A stretch of 63,900 bases of DNA, the filler included, from Choristocarpus tenellus KU-1152 (Eukaryota > Protista > Phaeophyceae): NCBI GenBank assembly GCA_964200185.2. It is 13 parts of 13 records of this genome, joined end to end, with 100 filler letters (N's around TTAATTAATTAA, not from the genome) between each part and the next. Parts side by side here need not be neighbours in the genome. Positions count along the whole stretch, not along the records: positions 1 to 4,650 come from CAXNAD020013636.1; positions 4,751 to 11,029 come from CAXNAD020008497.1; positions 11,130 to 16,831 come from CAXNAD020009967.1; 10 more parts are not named here. One strand, given 5' to 3'. Each line of letters begins with the position of its first letter. The stretch's first letter is position 1. Made by a program: the position numbers and the translations under genes. Below the pieces are notes generated by a model. The model was given only the letters and a program-made list of their open reading frames with translations, did no database searches and was not told the DNA's origin. Positions 1 through 12,403 of this stretch are shown piece by piece.

Positions 1-682
1 CCCAGATACTTTCACCCTCAAACCAGCTGAGAGGTAGGGTCAGGGTTACATTGTAAGGATCCCGAGAAAGGGCAATAATATGTCATTTTGTACAGTTGGA
101 GAAAGAGCCTTTGCTGAATTGTGAGGTCACTGTGTAGAAAGGGGGAGCACCGATTTTGTGTACACTAATGTTCACATTAAAGAAGTTGAATATGGTGCAT
201 TGCAAAAGGTGAGAAAGATGGCTTAGAATGCAAAAACGGTCCAAACCTGCATGCCTCTCAATTGGTTTGGGTCAGTTGAAATTCCTCCTAGACTGACTCT
301 ACGAAGGCATTGAGAAGGGAGGGGAAATCCCACTAGTCAGTGAAGACTCATTTTCTATCTTCTAGCCCACCAACCCAGTGTCTCCAGTTTAAAGCGCATG
401 ACACCTACTCATGGATACTGGTCTTTGAGCAGTTACTGATTGTTGTGTTTCTGCAGTATATTATTTTCAGAGACAGGTCACCTTTTTTGGGATCTTCGAC
501 ATTGATGAGGAAATTCCGCGGGGTCATATACATTTGGTCACGTCACCTTTTGCAATTGAGGTCAAGGCAAGTGATGTGTTGTGGGTCAGATGCCCGACTG
601 GCATGCGGTAACCCTGACATGAACGGTGGATTCAAACCAGCAAAGCCCGAGATTGTGTTATGTACGATGCATGATGTGTAAT

Positions 683-1020
683 ATATTATTTTATTATTAT
701 GCCCTCTGACATTTTGCAGATGCGCCAGGGGAAAAACTAATGAAAAACCATTCAAATATCAGGACAACCCTTGAAAAAGTAACAGTTGTCGTAAATGTGA
801 AAGACATTTTCCTATTATCTATTTTCTATTTTACTACCAGCGATGCTACACCACTGCCCTCCTGTGCCTCCAACCTAGCTTAGTCCTGCACCTGAAGGTG
901 AGTAGCTAGGGAAGCATCCCAAGAATCTAACAAGCCCCTCATTGCGCATCTCCATGATGTCTCCAGCTTAAAACGCATGACACTTCAAGATAGAGCTACT
1001 TGTGTTGTGACAGACACACT
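683..1020 (-). mobile_element. SINE-like dispersed repeat (family E), inverted relative to the copy at 1317-1663
   Basis: Reverse complement matches 1317-1663 (e.g. gcgttttaagctggagac, gattcttgggatg, ttggaggcacaggaggg). A/T-rich (ATA)n-like tail at 683-700. Confidence 0.7.
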
Positions 1021-1316
1021 CTGATGTAGACGGGATTTGACAGCCCCTTTCCTGCTGTAGCCTCCTGCCCCTCTCCACCCTACCGGGTGCGTAGCCAACT
1101 CATACAGAAAACTTTCTGCTTGCTTACCGTGCCGGCCAGAACTTTCCACGCGAAGGTTTTAAGGTTGTATATGAGTAATGTATTATGTATATATATGGAA
1201 AGCAGGTTTGTATGTTGTTATATCGTTACTTCCGTATGTTACATACCGTTATACCGATTGAGGTTTCCTTGTCAGGAATCCCCGATTCTGGTGGAGGGTC
1301 TTACGAATAATTGAGG

Positions 1317-1663
1317 CGTTTACGACAGATAGTGTGCGTCACACGACAATTGGCTCTATCAAAACGTATCGTGCGTTTTAAGCTGGAGACACCAGGGAGA
1401 TGGGCAAGGAGGGGCCTGTCAGATTCTTGGGATGTTTCCCTAGCTCCTTGCTGGGGGGTGTAGGGCTAACCTAGCTTGGAGGCATAGGAGGGGAGTGGTG
1501 TAGTATAGCTGGTAGTAAAATAGCAAATACTCCAAATGATAGAAAATGTCATTCACATTTACTACACCTGTTACTTTTTCAGGGGCTGTTCTGCTATTTA
1601 ATTGGCTTTTCATTGGTTTTTCCCCTGACACATCTGCTAAATGTCATAGGACATGATGATACA
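1317..1663 (+). mobile_element. SINE-like element (family E) with 11-bp target-site duplication
   Basis: Flanked by direct repeat AATAATTGAGG (1306-1316 and 1664-1674). Related copies at about 355-410, 683-1020, 34010-34315, 38190-38400, 39640-39800, 40070-40540. Confidence 0.7.
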
Positions 1664-1701
1664 AATAATTGAGGGTGGAATCTCTCAAGAGATTAATACC
1701 A

Positions 1702-1883
1702 GGGTTAAAGTATCTGGGGGAGGGGGGGGGGGCTACACCAGGGTGTCGATTTGGGTCAAAATAAGGAAAAGTGCGTTACTTTATCCATTCGACGTATGCA
1801 ACCAAATCATCCAATAATCGCGAAATAAATCAATTGCCCCCAAATGGACAGCCGCCACACACATACCCTAGATACTTTGAGAC
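1702..1883. mobile_element. MITE family A (~182 bp)
   Basis: TIR gggttaaagtatct...agatactttgagac with poly-G subterminal tract. Second full copy at 47781-47963; partial copies at 1-17, 4577-4650, 42267-42287, 42388-42411, 55234-55266, 60714-60852. Confidence 0.8.
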
Positions 1884-2286
1884 ACCAGAAGTAGTGGACA
1901 TCTCTTCAACCAGAGATGTCACGCATCAAAGATTCTCTTTGTTGTCACGTCTTGACTTTTGTGATGATCCCCCTCTCGCAAGATTCCCATCACTCCACAA
2001 TTTCCTGCACCTCCTTACAGCCTTCCACTTGTCCAACTTTAACCTTGTCCTCTTGGCTACGGTTCATCTTGGTCCGTATGGTCCGTCTTGCCCAGTGATT
2101 CTCTTCACCACCCTTTTCTGAGTCGCGATTCATACACTCTTCAAATTATATATTATCTTGTCATATATTTAGGAAGTAGGTCTAGATACATTATGAAACG
2201 CCTTAACACAGTTCTTAAGATCTTCGCGACGCCTTCGTTGTTGCTTCCAACTTTCTTCATCCAGTTTTTGGTTTTGAAAACTTGCC

Positions 2287-4575
2287 ATGGGCCCGAATCA
2301 CACCTCGATCGATGCCAAAGGTGGACGGGTCACCTTCATCACTGACCTGCAAGAAGCAGGGACTGAGAGCCTTAGCAGCGCGGAGAAGAACAGCAAGGCT
2401 TCCGTAGGAGGAGATGAGGACCAGTCTATCGTCTCATGCGATGTCGGCAACTCACACCAGCATAACATTGCAGGAGTCAAGGGTCACCGGAACCGAAGAG
2501 ACTTGAAGGTGGAGGACGTGGAGGTAGATCTTGTGTCATTCCAACCCCTCCTAGGATCTGTCAACTTCACCGCAATTGCGGAAAAGGTGCGACACGAGTC
2601 TCTAATCCCCAGATTCCTTTAGAACAACTCGAGGCAAACTGAGGTCCTCAAATGTAAATAAAACACAATTGTCCTCGATTTCACCACACAAAAAATTTCA
2701 TTACCAAACTGCTCACAGCTCAAGTTGTCGGTTTGACCTTAGGCGTAGCCACTCAGAGCTCAACATCGATCGACTGACAGATGAAACAGAGTGGTTGTTG
2801 GGACAGGCCATAGGACGCGGAATGATGGTGAGAACCAGATGTGCAGACTTGTAAATAGTGGGGAGAATGTTGGAGAAGCACGTCCAGAGACCTGTGGCTT
2901 GCTCGCCTAAACATGACGTTAATGGCCTTTACACTACTCCTTCACCACCCTTACAGGTTCTCCGAGAGGCACCATTTGCTGTTGGTAGTTTCAGCACAAT
3001 GTGGAGAGCTTTCCTTACATGTCGAACCTTCATCGAGCTGGCCACTGATGGCTTCTGGTGAGTCAATGTCAAGATTTTTCGAGAGGCTATTGAAAATTGG
3101 TGTGTCATCATTTGGACACATTGTTTTTAGAATGCTATGCTATGTGTATATGCTCATGTGAGCCGTCGACAGTTTCTTTCATTGGGAAGGGTCTGTTAAA
3201 GCATTCCACACTGGACCCGCGGTTAAGATGATCAACCGTGTACCTTGGTAGAGGACAATGCAGGTTGGTGTGAACATATAATATTAGTGTTGCAAGGGGC
3301 TTATGGTCTTAGTTCCGTTGACTGAACTAATGGGGGTGAGACAGGTACAGACTACCATGTGGGATTTGCAATGTCCCATATGCATAACCAGAAAAGAATA
3401 CTATCACTCACTCCTACTAAACTGGAAATATATGGAAACACATATCCGGCTCTACCTTTCCCAGTCCACTTCTGCAGTGATGTCTGTAGTGTGTCAGCAG
3501 CACTATCCACTATATAGTTCCAATTTCCTGTTTGTCACATGTGAACAGCCAATCGCCAGGAACACAGTGCGTAGCAACATCAAAACGCACTTGAGGGGTG
3601 TGACCGTTGATGTTGACTTTTTGGACGCACATGTGCGTTGGTGTGACCGTCCCAACAAAGTGACAGGAAACGCCGGTGGCAACGAAAAACCTAATTCTCC
3701 ATTTCTGTGGTTGTACCAGCTCACCAGGCACCCCATTGCTCCTATGCCCAGATGAACTTCTTGCACATAGCAAAGCAGTGTTTGATTGTTGAACCCTCTG
3801 TTGCAGGTTTGTGGTAGGTCACGAGATTCAAGGACGACCAGTGGGTATAGAGAAGAGCCCACGCTTCTCTCGTATGGCACATGCATACAGCAACATGTTC
3901 TTACATGCTCCAACCATCCATAAGGACATGTGGGGAGCTTCCTTCTTCGAGGCGTGGGCCCTGACACTGTTGCTACTGCTGCAGGTATTTTGCAGATCGA
4001 TACACTATTTGCAGCACGTTCAATGCAATATGTGGAGGCTACCAACTAAGGTGGCAAATGCCCAATTCTACCGCAATCAGCCACTTGGCCCTTTAGAGCA
4101 TTATCGCAACGCCTGGACCAGGGACCTCATTATTGTCAAAATCACTATATCATGGCAGGCATATTTCAATCCTGCGGCCTTCTTGTCCCTCCCTTTTGGT
4201 GTGCATCAACAGGCTGCTTTTCCACTATCCAAGGCCATGTTTGATGCACCAAAGTTCCGAATGAAACTCCTTGACCTCTGCGCAGAGTGGACCCTGGGCA
4301 TAAGGCCTACTTTTCCCCTCACTAACCACTGGGTGCTCACCTTTGACAAGTAAGAACAACACTGCCAGGGGAGTGCATCACATCTCTACTTTGAACACGT
4401 TGTGTGAAGAGCACCCCTTCGATGCCTGGAATGCCACCTGCGAGCGACACCATGTCAAAAATTCTGCTTTAAGTCCGGCTCATTTCAGGACCCAAATCAC
4501 CCTAAGATTACGTCTGTATCAACCCACTGTTGCAGATTCGTACCTCGAATCTTACTCACCCTGTTGCATTCAACC
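2287..4575 (+). pseudogene. Degraded Upf1/NAM7-like SF1 helicase relic
   Basis: Decayed motifs in the expected order: VGHEIQGRPV (cf. VGDxxQLPPV), ASFFE (cf. SLFE), LQHVQCNMW...VANAQFYRNQPL (cf. LxxQYRMHPxIxxxxNxxFYxxxL), SPAHFRTQI (cf. TPYRAQV), TVADSYLES (cf. TVDSFQG). Several stops and frameshifts; the 5' boundary is uncertain. Confidence 0.45.
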
Positions 4576-4650
4576 AGACCCAAAGCATCTGGGGGGGGGG
4601 GAGGGGCGGGTCTGCACGAGGGTGTCCATTTGAGCCATAACCAGGAAAAG

Positions 4651-4750
4651 NNNNNNNNNNNNNNNNNNNNNNNNNNNNNNNNNNNNNNNNNNNNTTAATT
4701 AATTAANNNNNNNNNNNNNNNNNNNNNNNNNNNNNNNNNNNNNNNNNNNN
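4651..4750. other. Artificial contig-joining spacer, first of 12 (others at 11030-11129, 16832-16931, 21477-21576, 29958-30057, 33769-33868, 38821-38920, 42288-42387, 46174-46273, 50823-50922, 55134-55233, 60853-60952)
   Basis: Identical 100-nt N44-TTAATTAATTAA-N44 linker (stop codons in all six frames) repeated 12 times. Confidence 0.98.
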
Positions 4751-4870
4751 CCCCCCCTTTGTCCCCCCTTCCCCAAACTTTGTTTTTCCCCCCCCCCCCC
4801 CCCCCCCCTCCCCCCCCCCCCCCCCCCTGACACACCATTTTGTACTCGCCCTGTGTTTGGTGGAGTGAAG

Positions 4871-7800
4871 ACAATCCAATCGGTGTCGGATGATGGACAA
4901 GAGTTTGAGATCACCTATATGGGCTTTGGTACACAGGGAACTGCAACCATTACAACCCTCAGGCAGATTGTGCCTCCGCCACATCCAGTGGCCAAGTCCT
5001 TGGCGAAGAAGGGATACTCCTGCAAAGCGCTCTACATTGAGGACGGGGTGTGAGTTTTTGCCAATATTTTTGTATTTTGTTCATTTTTTATTTTTATATC
5101 ATATTGTAGCTGTTAGCTTTTTATTTGGAGAGGCTCTCGGTGAGTGGGTCGTTGTGCATGATAATATGCTGGGGGGTGTCTAAAGCTTGATAAAATATTT
5201 AACTTTTTTTCCCAATTATTTTTTTTTCTAGTTTTGAAGGTATTGTGTACTTGAGTAGAAACCTATGACCCTAGCGCTCTGGTATCTGTCCCTATTCCAA
5301 ATAACTGTTTGAGGAGATACTTGCACACAGGCTGTCTGTCCTACTTTCACACTTGCCGCATTTCTTTGATATTTTACTGTCATCTAAGACGCTCTCACTG
5401 CTGCAGACCTTTTCATGTGTATCCTCCCATTTTATACTGTGAATCTTTTGACTGGGTGGAAGAGGTGTTCTAGTGAGGGAGGCCACAAAGCATTATTTTA
5501 GTGACAGGCTTATTTTAAGTTATTAAAGAGTCAATACTCTTAGTTGTAATTCGTGATAAAGACATCTCTCTCCCCCCTGCCCCCCCCCCCCCCCCCCCCC
5601 CCCCCTTTCTATATTCTTCTTTTTTCTATCTCCCCTCTTCTNNNNNNNNNNTATTCCACCCCCCCCCCCCCCCCCCATTTTTCAATTTTTTTAATTTCAT
5701 CAGCTTCTTGCCTCTACCTAGTGAGACACCAGAGGATATGATCTGTATTATCACTATGGTGTTGTGTGCCTTGTTTTATAGCAAGGTATTTCGATACCCC
5801 CTCTTGTCTGGGAAACGTACACTCACAAAGGCTCTTCCTTTTTGCCTGTGGCTCCCACTCTCCCTCATTTTGGGGGTTGGTGGGGGGGGCACGGGGAATT
5901 GTGTATGTGTGTGTGATGGGTCATTTCAGGGCAAGAAGAATGGGTGCTTCCCTGACATGATATGTAAAAAAGGTCAGTGCCCCCGCTCCTCCTGCTTTCC
6001 CCGTCCAAAGGTCTCTTATTGGATATTACATTTCCAGACTTGGTCATGGCTTGTGCATTGGTCTCCTATGACCGTGGTTGTGAATGAAGAAGAGGATGGT
6101 GTAACTCCCTTTTCCATCCCCCCTCCCCTCCCCTCTTTGGCTTGTTTGTGGCATGTCCGTTAGACCACACGTTCAGAGCATCGCAGTGGAAGCAGCCGAG
6201 AATCTCCATACCGTGCGCCATATCGCTTGTGTAATTTTATTATTATATAGTCCAATCGAAATGCAGCATTGGAAGCAGCAGTCTGGTTGTAGATTGTTTT
6301 ATCGTACTTGATGAGATTCTATCGATGTGGTACTGTGGTGATGAGCGATTTTTTGAAGTTATTTTGTTGAGATTATGGCATGGATAGACCACGTATGTTC
6401 TTCTGATCCTCCTCGAGGTAATCATTGTGAGAAGGATTTGCTCTGTGCAGTGGCAGTGGGCAGCAACACAGCATGGCTGATTATGTCATTGTAGTGATGA
6501 GCACATAGTAGTGGCTCTTCCTCTTTCTTGCTGCACTCGTACAGTACAGCAGTTGAGTTCTTCTTAATCTTCCAAGTTTTCCGTTGTAAGAAGGCGCAAG
6601 ATCGAGACTAACTGTAAGTCACATTGGCAGAACTGTTTTCGTAATTGTGTTCCTACAACTGGCAAAGGCTGATCGGTGTGAACAGTTCAGGGCAAGAACT
6701 CTTTTTGCTCATTTTCAAGCATTTTTTCAGCATTTATAGTATTCATTGTAGACCTTACCGAGAGGGATATTCCTAATCTAATGTCGCACTTGCCTCCCAG
6801 TTTATAACACCCTCTCAGTGCTCTGCTCCAAAATAGTGAATGAGAGCTTTCAATAGTGATTGAATGACTGTTAACCATGCATGCAGCATAACGACTCATC
6901 CTTGACCCTCTGATCTCCTCCTAGGCTCCTGCAATCTTTGACTATCCCTCATTCCAAATTCTCAACTGTAACTGCTCTACCCCTCCCCACATCCCTCCCC
7001 TCTGCAGTTGAATGCCTCAAACCACTGAAGCCCTGACCCACCTATCTGTTGATTTGTACTACTATGTGTGCGTGCCTTGCTACCTACCTGTATATGCTTC
7101 TTTTTTGTGTGCTATTTGTGTTTTGTGTATGCAGATACTATGACTGCACCATTCAGGAAGTAACTGCCCATGGTTACAAAGTGATATATACAGCATATGG
7201 CAATGTGGAGGAGGTGCCTTTGGAGTACCTGCAGAGGGAATCCGTCCAGAGCAAGGTGCTTGTTCTGGTGTTCTCTTAGTTATAGTGTGATTTTCAAACG
7301 TAGTTTTGTGCATGTTTTCATAGAGAGTGGGAAGGTATTTTAGGGAGGGAGGAGGGTTTTGTGTTGTGTTTTACTGTTCTGAAATGCACTGTAGCTCTTT
7401 TATTGGTAAGTGATAACAGCTATTGTCAATGCTCTCTTTTGGACATGCTTATTAGTGGAGTCGGGACTCACTCTGTTACCATGGTTGGGACTGTCTTTTG
7501 GTGTCTAACTATCCATACCAGCTCAGCCTTGCTGTCATCCTGCTTCTGGGATTGTGCATCAGATCGTATCTAGTCGTCCCCTAGGAAACCACCCTGAGGT
7601 TGTGTGTGTGTGTGTATGTTGTGTAGAAGTATACTTGTGCTGCCTGGGTGTGAATTCTTCATGCTTCTATGCAAGGGGAGGGCATTGGTTCCTGTTACAC
7701 AGCACCTATGGGGGGGGGGGAGAGTTCTGTTGCTCTGGTATGGGGCTTGTGGGGTTAGTCTGGACTTTCTCTTTTGTGCTAGTAGCACCATTTACTGTTG

Positions 7801-9462
7801 CTGTAGGGGTGGTGTGCTTCCCCTAAACACTACATCTGCATCACAGAACGCCTGAGTAGTAAATGGGTATGGCATTGAGCAAGAACCGCGTCATTGGTGT
7901 TCTTTGACGTTGTGTTGAGAATAGGGCTGCACCCGTCCTTATTCCACGCAGAGACTCGAAGATTACATTATGTACAGAATATAAACTTGGTCTCTTAACT
8001 TGCAGGGTAATGAGAGATTGCAAGTATCCCCAATGGACATGTGCCGTAGGTACTTGCGCAGAATGCTACGTAGTATAAAGTGTTCAGTGTTACTTGTTAA
8101 GACAGCAATTTTTCTAACTATCTGTAGCTGCATGTGTGTGTTTTTTTTCATATTTTTGAACAACGGAAAGATGAGGCAGGCGGAGGCTGCGGCAGCGGAG
8201 GCCGCAACAGAGGCAGACGCCTCTTTTGCAATACCGGAGAGATTGCGACCTCAACCGGGGGATACAGAGACTGAGAAGGAACGGAAGCGAAAGAAGGTTA
8301 AGGCTCTTAAGGTGGGTTAGGACGAGTCGGTGTGTCTGTTTTGTAACTTTAAACATTTCTGTCCTCGCTGCTAAGCTCAATATGTCAATTGTGGCCCTGG
8401 AGTTCATCGCCCAGTGTGGCATGTGGGGAGACTTTATATTTCAAATCGAGAAGCGTTTCCAGTATTTTTCTTTCAGAGACTTGGAGGGGAGGAGAAAAGG
8501 GGCGATGACAACGCCTAGTGCCTGACAGGGGCTGTTCTTCACTTCCAGTTTGTGATTGGTGGACTAGCTGTAACCCCTTCCCCTGCGTACACACATTTTG
8601 GATCGACAGTGGTGGTAGATTTCAGTGTATGTATACATATTTATGTACATCCTCTTGCGATGGCTCACGCCAAGAACATTTTGTAGAGGTGTGACCTGGG
8701 CTTCCGTTCTCCAAAAACAACAGTAGTATATGCAAAGGTTAACGATCTTGTTTATGCTTATTGCCAATCGTCTTGCCAGGTACTAATTCTACAGCCATCT
8801 AAGTGAACTTTGTCTTTCATTACCCACACGATTTGTTATCGCTAACCCAGGTCCTTTGTCCCTACATCTGTTTCCGTCTCTTTATATACAGGCTAAGTTC
8901 AAGGTGAAGCAAAAGGAGGCACAAACAAACAACAAACAGGCATCGTGGAAGGTGGGAGTGGATGGTAGGATGGAGAACACTGAGAGAGCCCTCATGTTTA
9001 TCCTCTATGTTGTGCTGTTGTCATTCTATGATACCATGTATGATGCACCAGTGCTTCGAAATGAGTACTTGTGAGTATTTGTAAAGGATTTGTGGGGCTG
9101 ACTGTTTTGCAGGAAATGTGTTGAGAGGAATAGCATGATGAAGAGGGGTACTATTTGTACGCATCAGAAAGATGCAAGACAAGATATTAATTTTTTTGTT
9201 GTTTTCTGTGCTATTGATACTCCACATTTTTGTCTTGAGCATTCTTGGTATGTGTGTGCTATCACCAACTCGACAGGCGTTTCAAACAAAGGGGGCCAAG
9301 AAGAAGACCAAGGGGAGTATGTCCTCACTTGCCATCGGCAAGGGGAGCATATTTGCATCCCCAGATGGACTTGATGGGAAAGTTGGGGTGACAGGAAGTG
9401 GGAAGGGACTGACAGAACAACGACCTCGCAAAAAGTTTAAGAAGACTGGCACCTCTAGCTGA
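4871..9462 (+). CDS. SMNDC1: SPF30/SMNDC1-like Tudor-domain splicing factor, 5'-truncated; exons ~4871-5049, 7135-7255, 8171-8311, 8892-8951, 9277-9462
   Basis: GT-AG exons join in phase (GT|A gives V-YYD). Tudor domain GYSCKALYIEDGVYYDCTIQEVTAHGYKVIYTAYGNVEEVPLEYL. Diagnostic SPF30 C-terminus KQASWKAFQTK...SIFASPDGLDGKVGVTGSGKGLT, then stop. Confidence 0.88.
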
Positions 9463-10844
9463 TTGATCCTGATGATGTGCAAGTTGATTGCCTTCAGTTG
9501 TTGTCAAGTCGCTAGTGCCCCCTCCAGGAAGAGAGTGTTTAAAGGTAGGAGGCAAACAAGCAGTGGGAGATTTTTGGTGTCATTAGAAGAGCTACACTCT
9601 CTGGGACAATAATACATACGTACTACAGCGTGTGTTGGGAAGGAATGCACAAAGAATGAACCGGGACATAACCAACAGTTAGATATCATATGATGCACAG
9701 TGTTTTGAGGCACTTTTGTTTGAAAGAGGAAACTTTTGCCAAATCCCTCTCCCTTTTTCTGTGTGACATGTGTGGTGTCCCTGGTCTATATATGCACCTA
9801 TGCTTTGTGCAATGTTAGTCTTTCCTTATGCCACAATGGTTTCAGTGTTCACTGCTTTTCCTGCTTGTCATGAGGTAGGATCATTAAGTTCATCCTTGAT
9901 TCCTACCCACCTGAGATTGTGCCAACTGGTAGACGGTTGCTTGAGCAATGTGTGTCACACCTAACGGATAATTCAAGCAAGAACTGCAACTATCCTTGCT
10001 ATATATCCACCTTACATATATTGATCTAATTTACTCCCTGCTACCTTTTCACTTTGAGGTAGTAAATGTACTACTATTCCAGAGAATGTTGTGTGGTACC
10101 TTCGCTTTTCCAACATTTTGTTGTTTTGAGAGAGGTTTTACTAGCGAGTCGTTGGTATTGTGCTAGTCAAGAGGTACCTAGCTAGATACATGCACGACAT
10201 AATGCTCCTTGGGAGTATTTTTTCCAGTGGTAAATACTATGCTCTTAATCATGATCATCCAGTATTAAATCGAAGATGTAACATTTTATATTATGTTCAA
10301 ATTATTACATCTACATTTAGTCACAAGTGGTAATGACATTTTATATGTGAACGTAATCCTCTTAACAAAACTAGGAAGGAGATAGCTCTATTGCACTTGC
10401 CGTGTTCTACGTCCAACTTACGACTGACTTTGTCTAAACACATGCCCATTATGATACGTAGTCATTAGAAAAAGTAGTATATAATCACTTACAGAGGTTG
10501 GTGGTTGGACAGAATGACAGGGTCAAATCCTACGTACAACTCTAGATTATTTAGTATGAAGAGGAGATGCCAAATCGAATGGATTTGAAAGTTGGAACCC
10601 TTTTTATTGGTTGGTCCTTGATCGTCTCTGAAACAGCGCTATTATTACACTACTACCCAAGGGGTGTAGTTCTGTTTGTTATTTTGATGACAACATCAAA
10701 CATGGATAATGCAATATTCGTGTGTTTCTGGTTGTTCGGTTGTTATGAGGACGTTCAATGGGATAGTTGGCGCACGCAAATGCCTATGACAGCGCACGAT
10801 ACTCGCAAAGGTACGAAGAAAGTGTATTGCAGCATTCTTTAACA

Positions 10845-10990
10845 GCCTCTCAGCAAAATTGAGGATGGAGCATACTATGGAGGATCGGTTTGACCCAAAA
10901 TTGTGCTGGAAAAAGTGTTGATATGATTTTTTTTTGTAAATGTTGAAGCACTTTTTTAGGGCCCCTTTGAGAATGGGAATCCGTGCCAGA
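10845..10990. mobile_element. Partial hairpin MITE (family F relative)
   Basis: Shares atggaggat...cccaaaat and gggcccctttgagaatgggaatcc with 48863-49080 and 60953-61070. Confidence 0.55.
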
Positions 10991-11495
10991 TGATGCAGTA
11001 GTACAGTGTGTGGGGGGCGGCAATGATTTNNNNNNNNNNNNNNNNNNNNNNNNNNNNNNNNNNNNNNNNNNNNTTAATTAATTAANNNNNNNNNNNNNNN
11101 NNNNNNNNNNNNNNNNNNNNNNNNNNNNNGGAATGCGCAATAAATAAATGAACACTAACAACCAGTGCAGTGCACCAATCAACAGTCAGTACAAGCTGGT
11201 AGATGTGTATCATATCAACAAGAAACAAATGAGTAGCCTATGTTTTAACATGTACAACGTGGATACTCCTCCAGGCTAACGATTGGAAGCTTCGCTCCCA
11301 CCGTCACAAATTCCTCCCCCAGTGCATAGGTTTCTGCAAACAGGAATGTGTTGATTGTGTCCTCTCCCACAAAGATTCCCTTATGAAGACTGGATGTGAG
11401 AGTATTTTGTTTGCAAACCACGAGAATGTATTGCCTCATCACAAAGAAGACGATGATGTAGAATATGCTTTATTGATTTACAGGTAAGAGTGACT

Positions 11496-11890
11496 TGTTG
11501 CCTACACAATGGGGGGTGTTGCCCTACCCTCCATAATCATCCTAGCAAACAATATTTGAAGTTGCCTAACAATAAATTTCCTAGAACATTCCTCAAAATA
11601 ATTATATTTTAATATTTCTTTCCGTCACTCTTGAATCATTCTAGTCACACTTTATTGCTACCCGGACATTTCTTACTTTACGTATACTAATAGCAACATT
11701 GAGTGTGTACAGCACTACAATGCATGTCCCTATGCGAACATCCTCTCCTACTGTACATGCACATTGTGTCGCCACACTGTAACACACATCCTTGATTCCT
11801 CGGAATTCACTTCAAATGCCAGTCTCTAGTTCAACTCAGCTTATACCTACAAAATACACAAGTCTCAAACGATATGGAATCACTTCAACA
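11496..11890 (-). repeat. 3' LTR of the copia element
   Basis: TGTTG...CAACA termini, preceded on the minus strand by purine-rich gaggacaaga just after the RNase H end. Confidence 0.6.
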
Positions 11891-12144
11891 TCTTGTCCTC
11901 ACCATTCTCAAGGATAGATTATCACAAATTTATCACAGCCCTCGCATGATATAAAAATCGCTTCTGCTTCAAAAGGCTTACTGAGAATATCTGTATGTTG
12001 CTCCTCTGATGCTACATGCGCAATCTCTATAACCTTCCTTAACTGTCTAAGGAAATGATGCTGTACATCACAACTTTTGTCTTCTGCCCATTGATTGGGT
12101 TTCCTGACAAATTTACTGCACCCTCATTGACTCCAATACTTTAT

Positions 12145-12403
12145 GAGCCAAAGTATCTTAGAGGGTAGAGCCGCGCCCATTTGGGGCCAAAATTCAATTT
12201 TGCGATTTTGATGTAATTTTGGCTATCGTCTTTGTTCGGAAGTATCAATATCGTTGTTCCGAACACACCTTTTCATAACGATTACATTTTACCTACTCTG
12301 AAACATTTTGAAGTAGGAAAATGTCATTAAAAAATCCCATCGGAAGCCAAGCCCCAAATAGACAAAGAGGGCAAACCTCGTACCCTCTAAGATACTTTAA
12401 CTC
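12145..12403. mobile_element. MITE family B (~259 bp, Tourist/PIF-Harbinger-like) inserted in the copia RNase H
   Basis: ~22-bp TIR GAGCCAAAGTATCTTAGAGGGTA / TACCCTCTAAGATACTTTAACTC; TSD TAT. Confidence 0.9.

Larger units (their letters stand above)
1194..2135 (+). mobile_element. Solo LTR of the gypsy LTR family (family D), interrupted by a SINE-like element and a MITE
   Basis: Starts tggaaagcaggtttgtatg like the LTR at 24831. Homology resumes after each insertion (gtggaatctctcaagag; aaagattctctttgttgtcacgtcttgac; ggtccgtcttgcccagtgatt). Confidence 0.7.
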
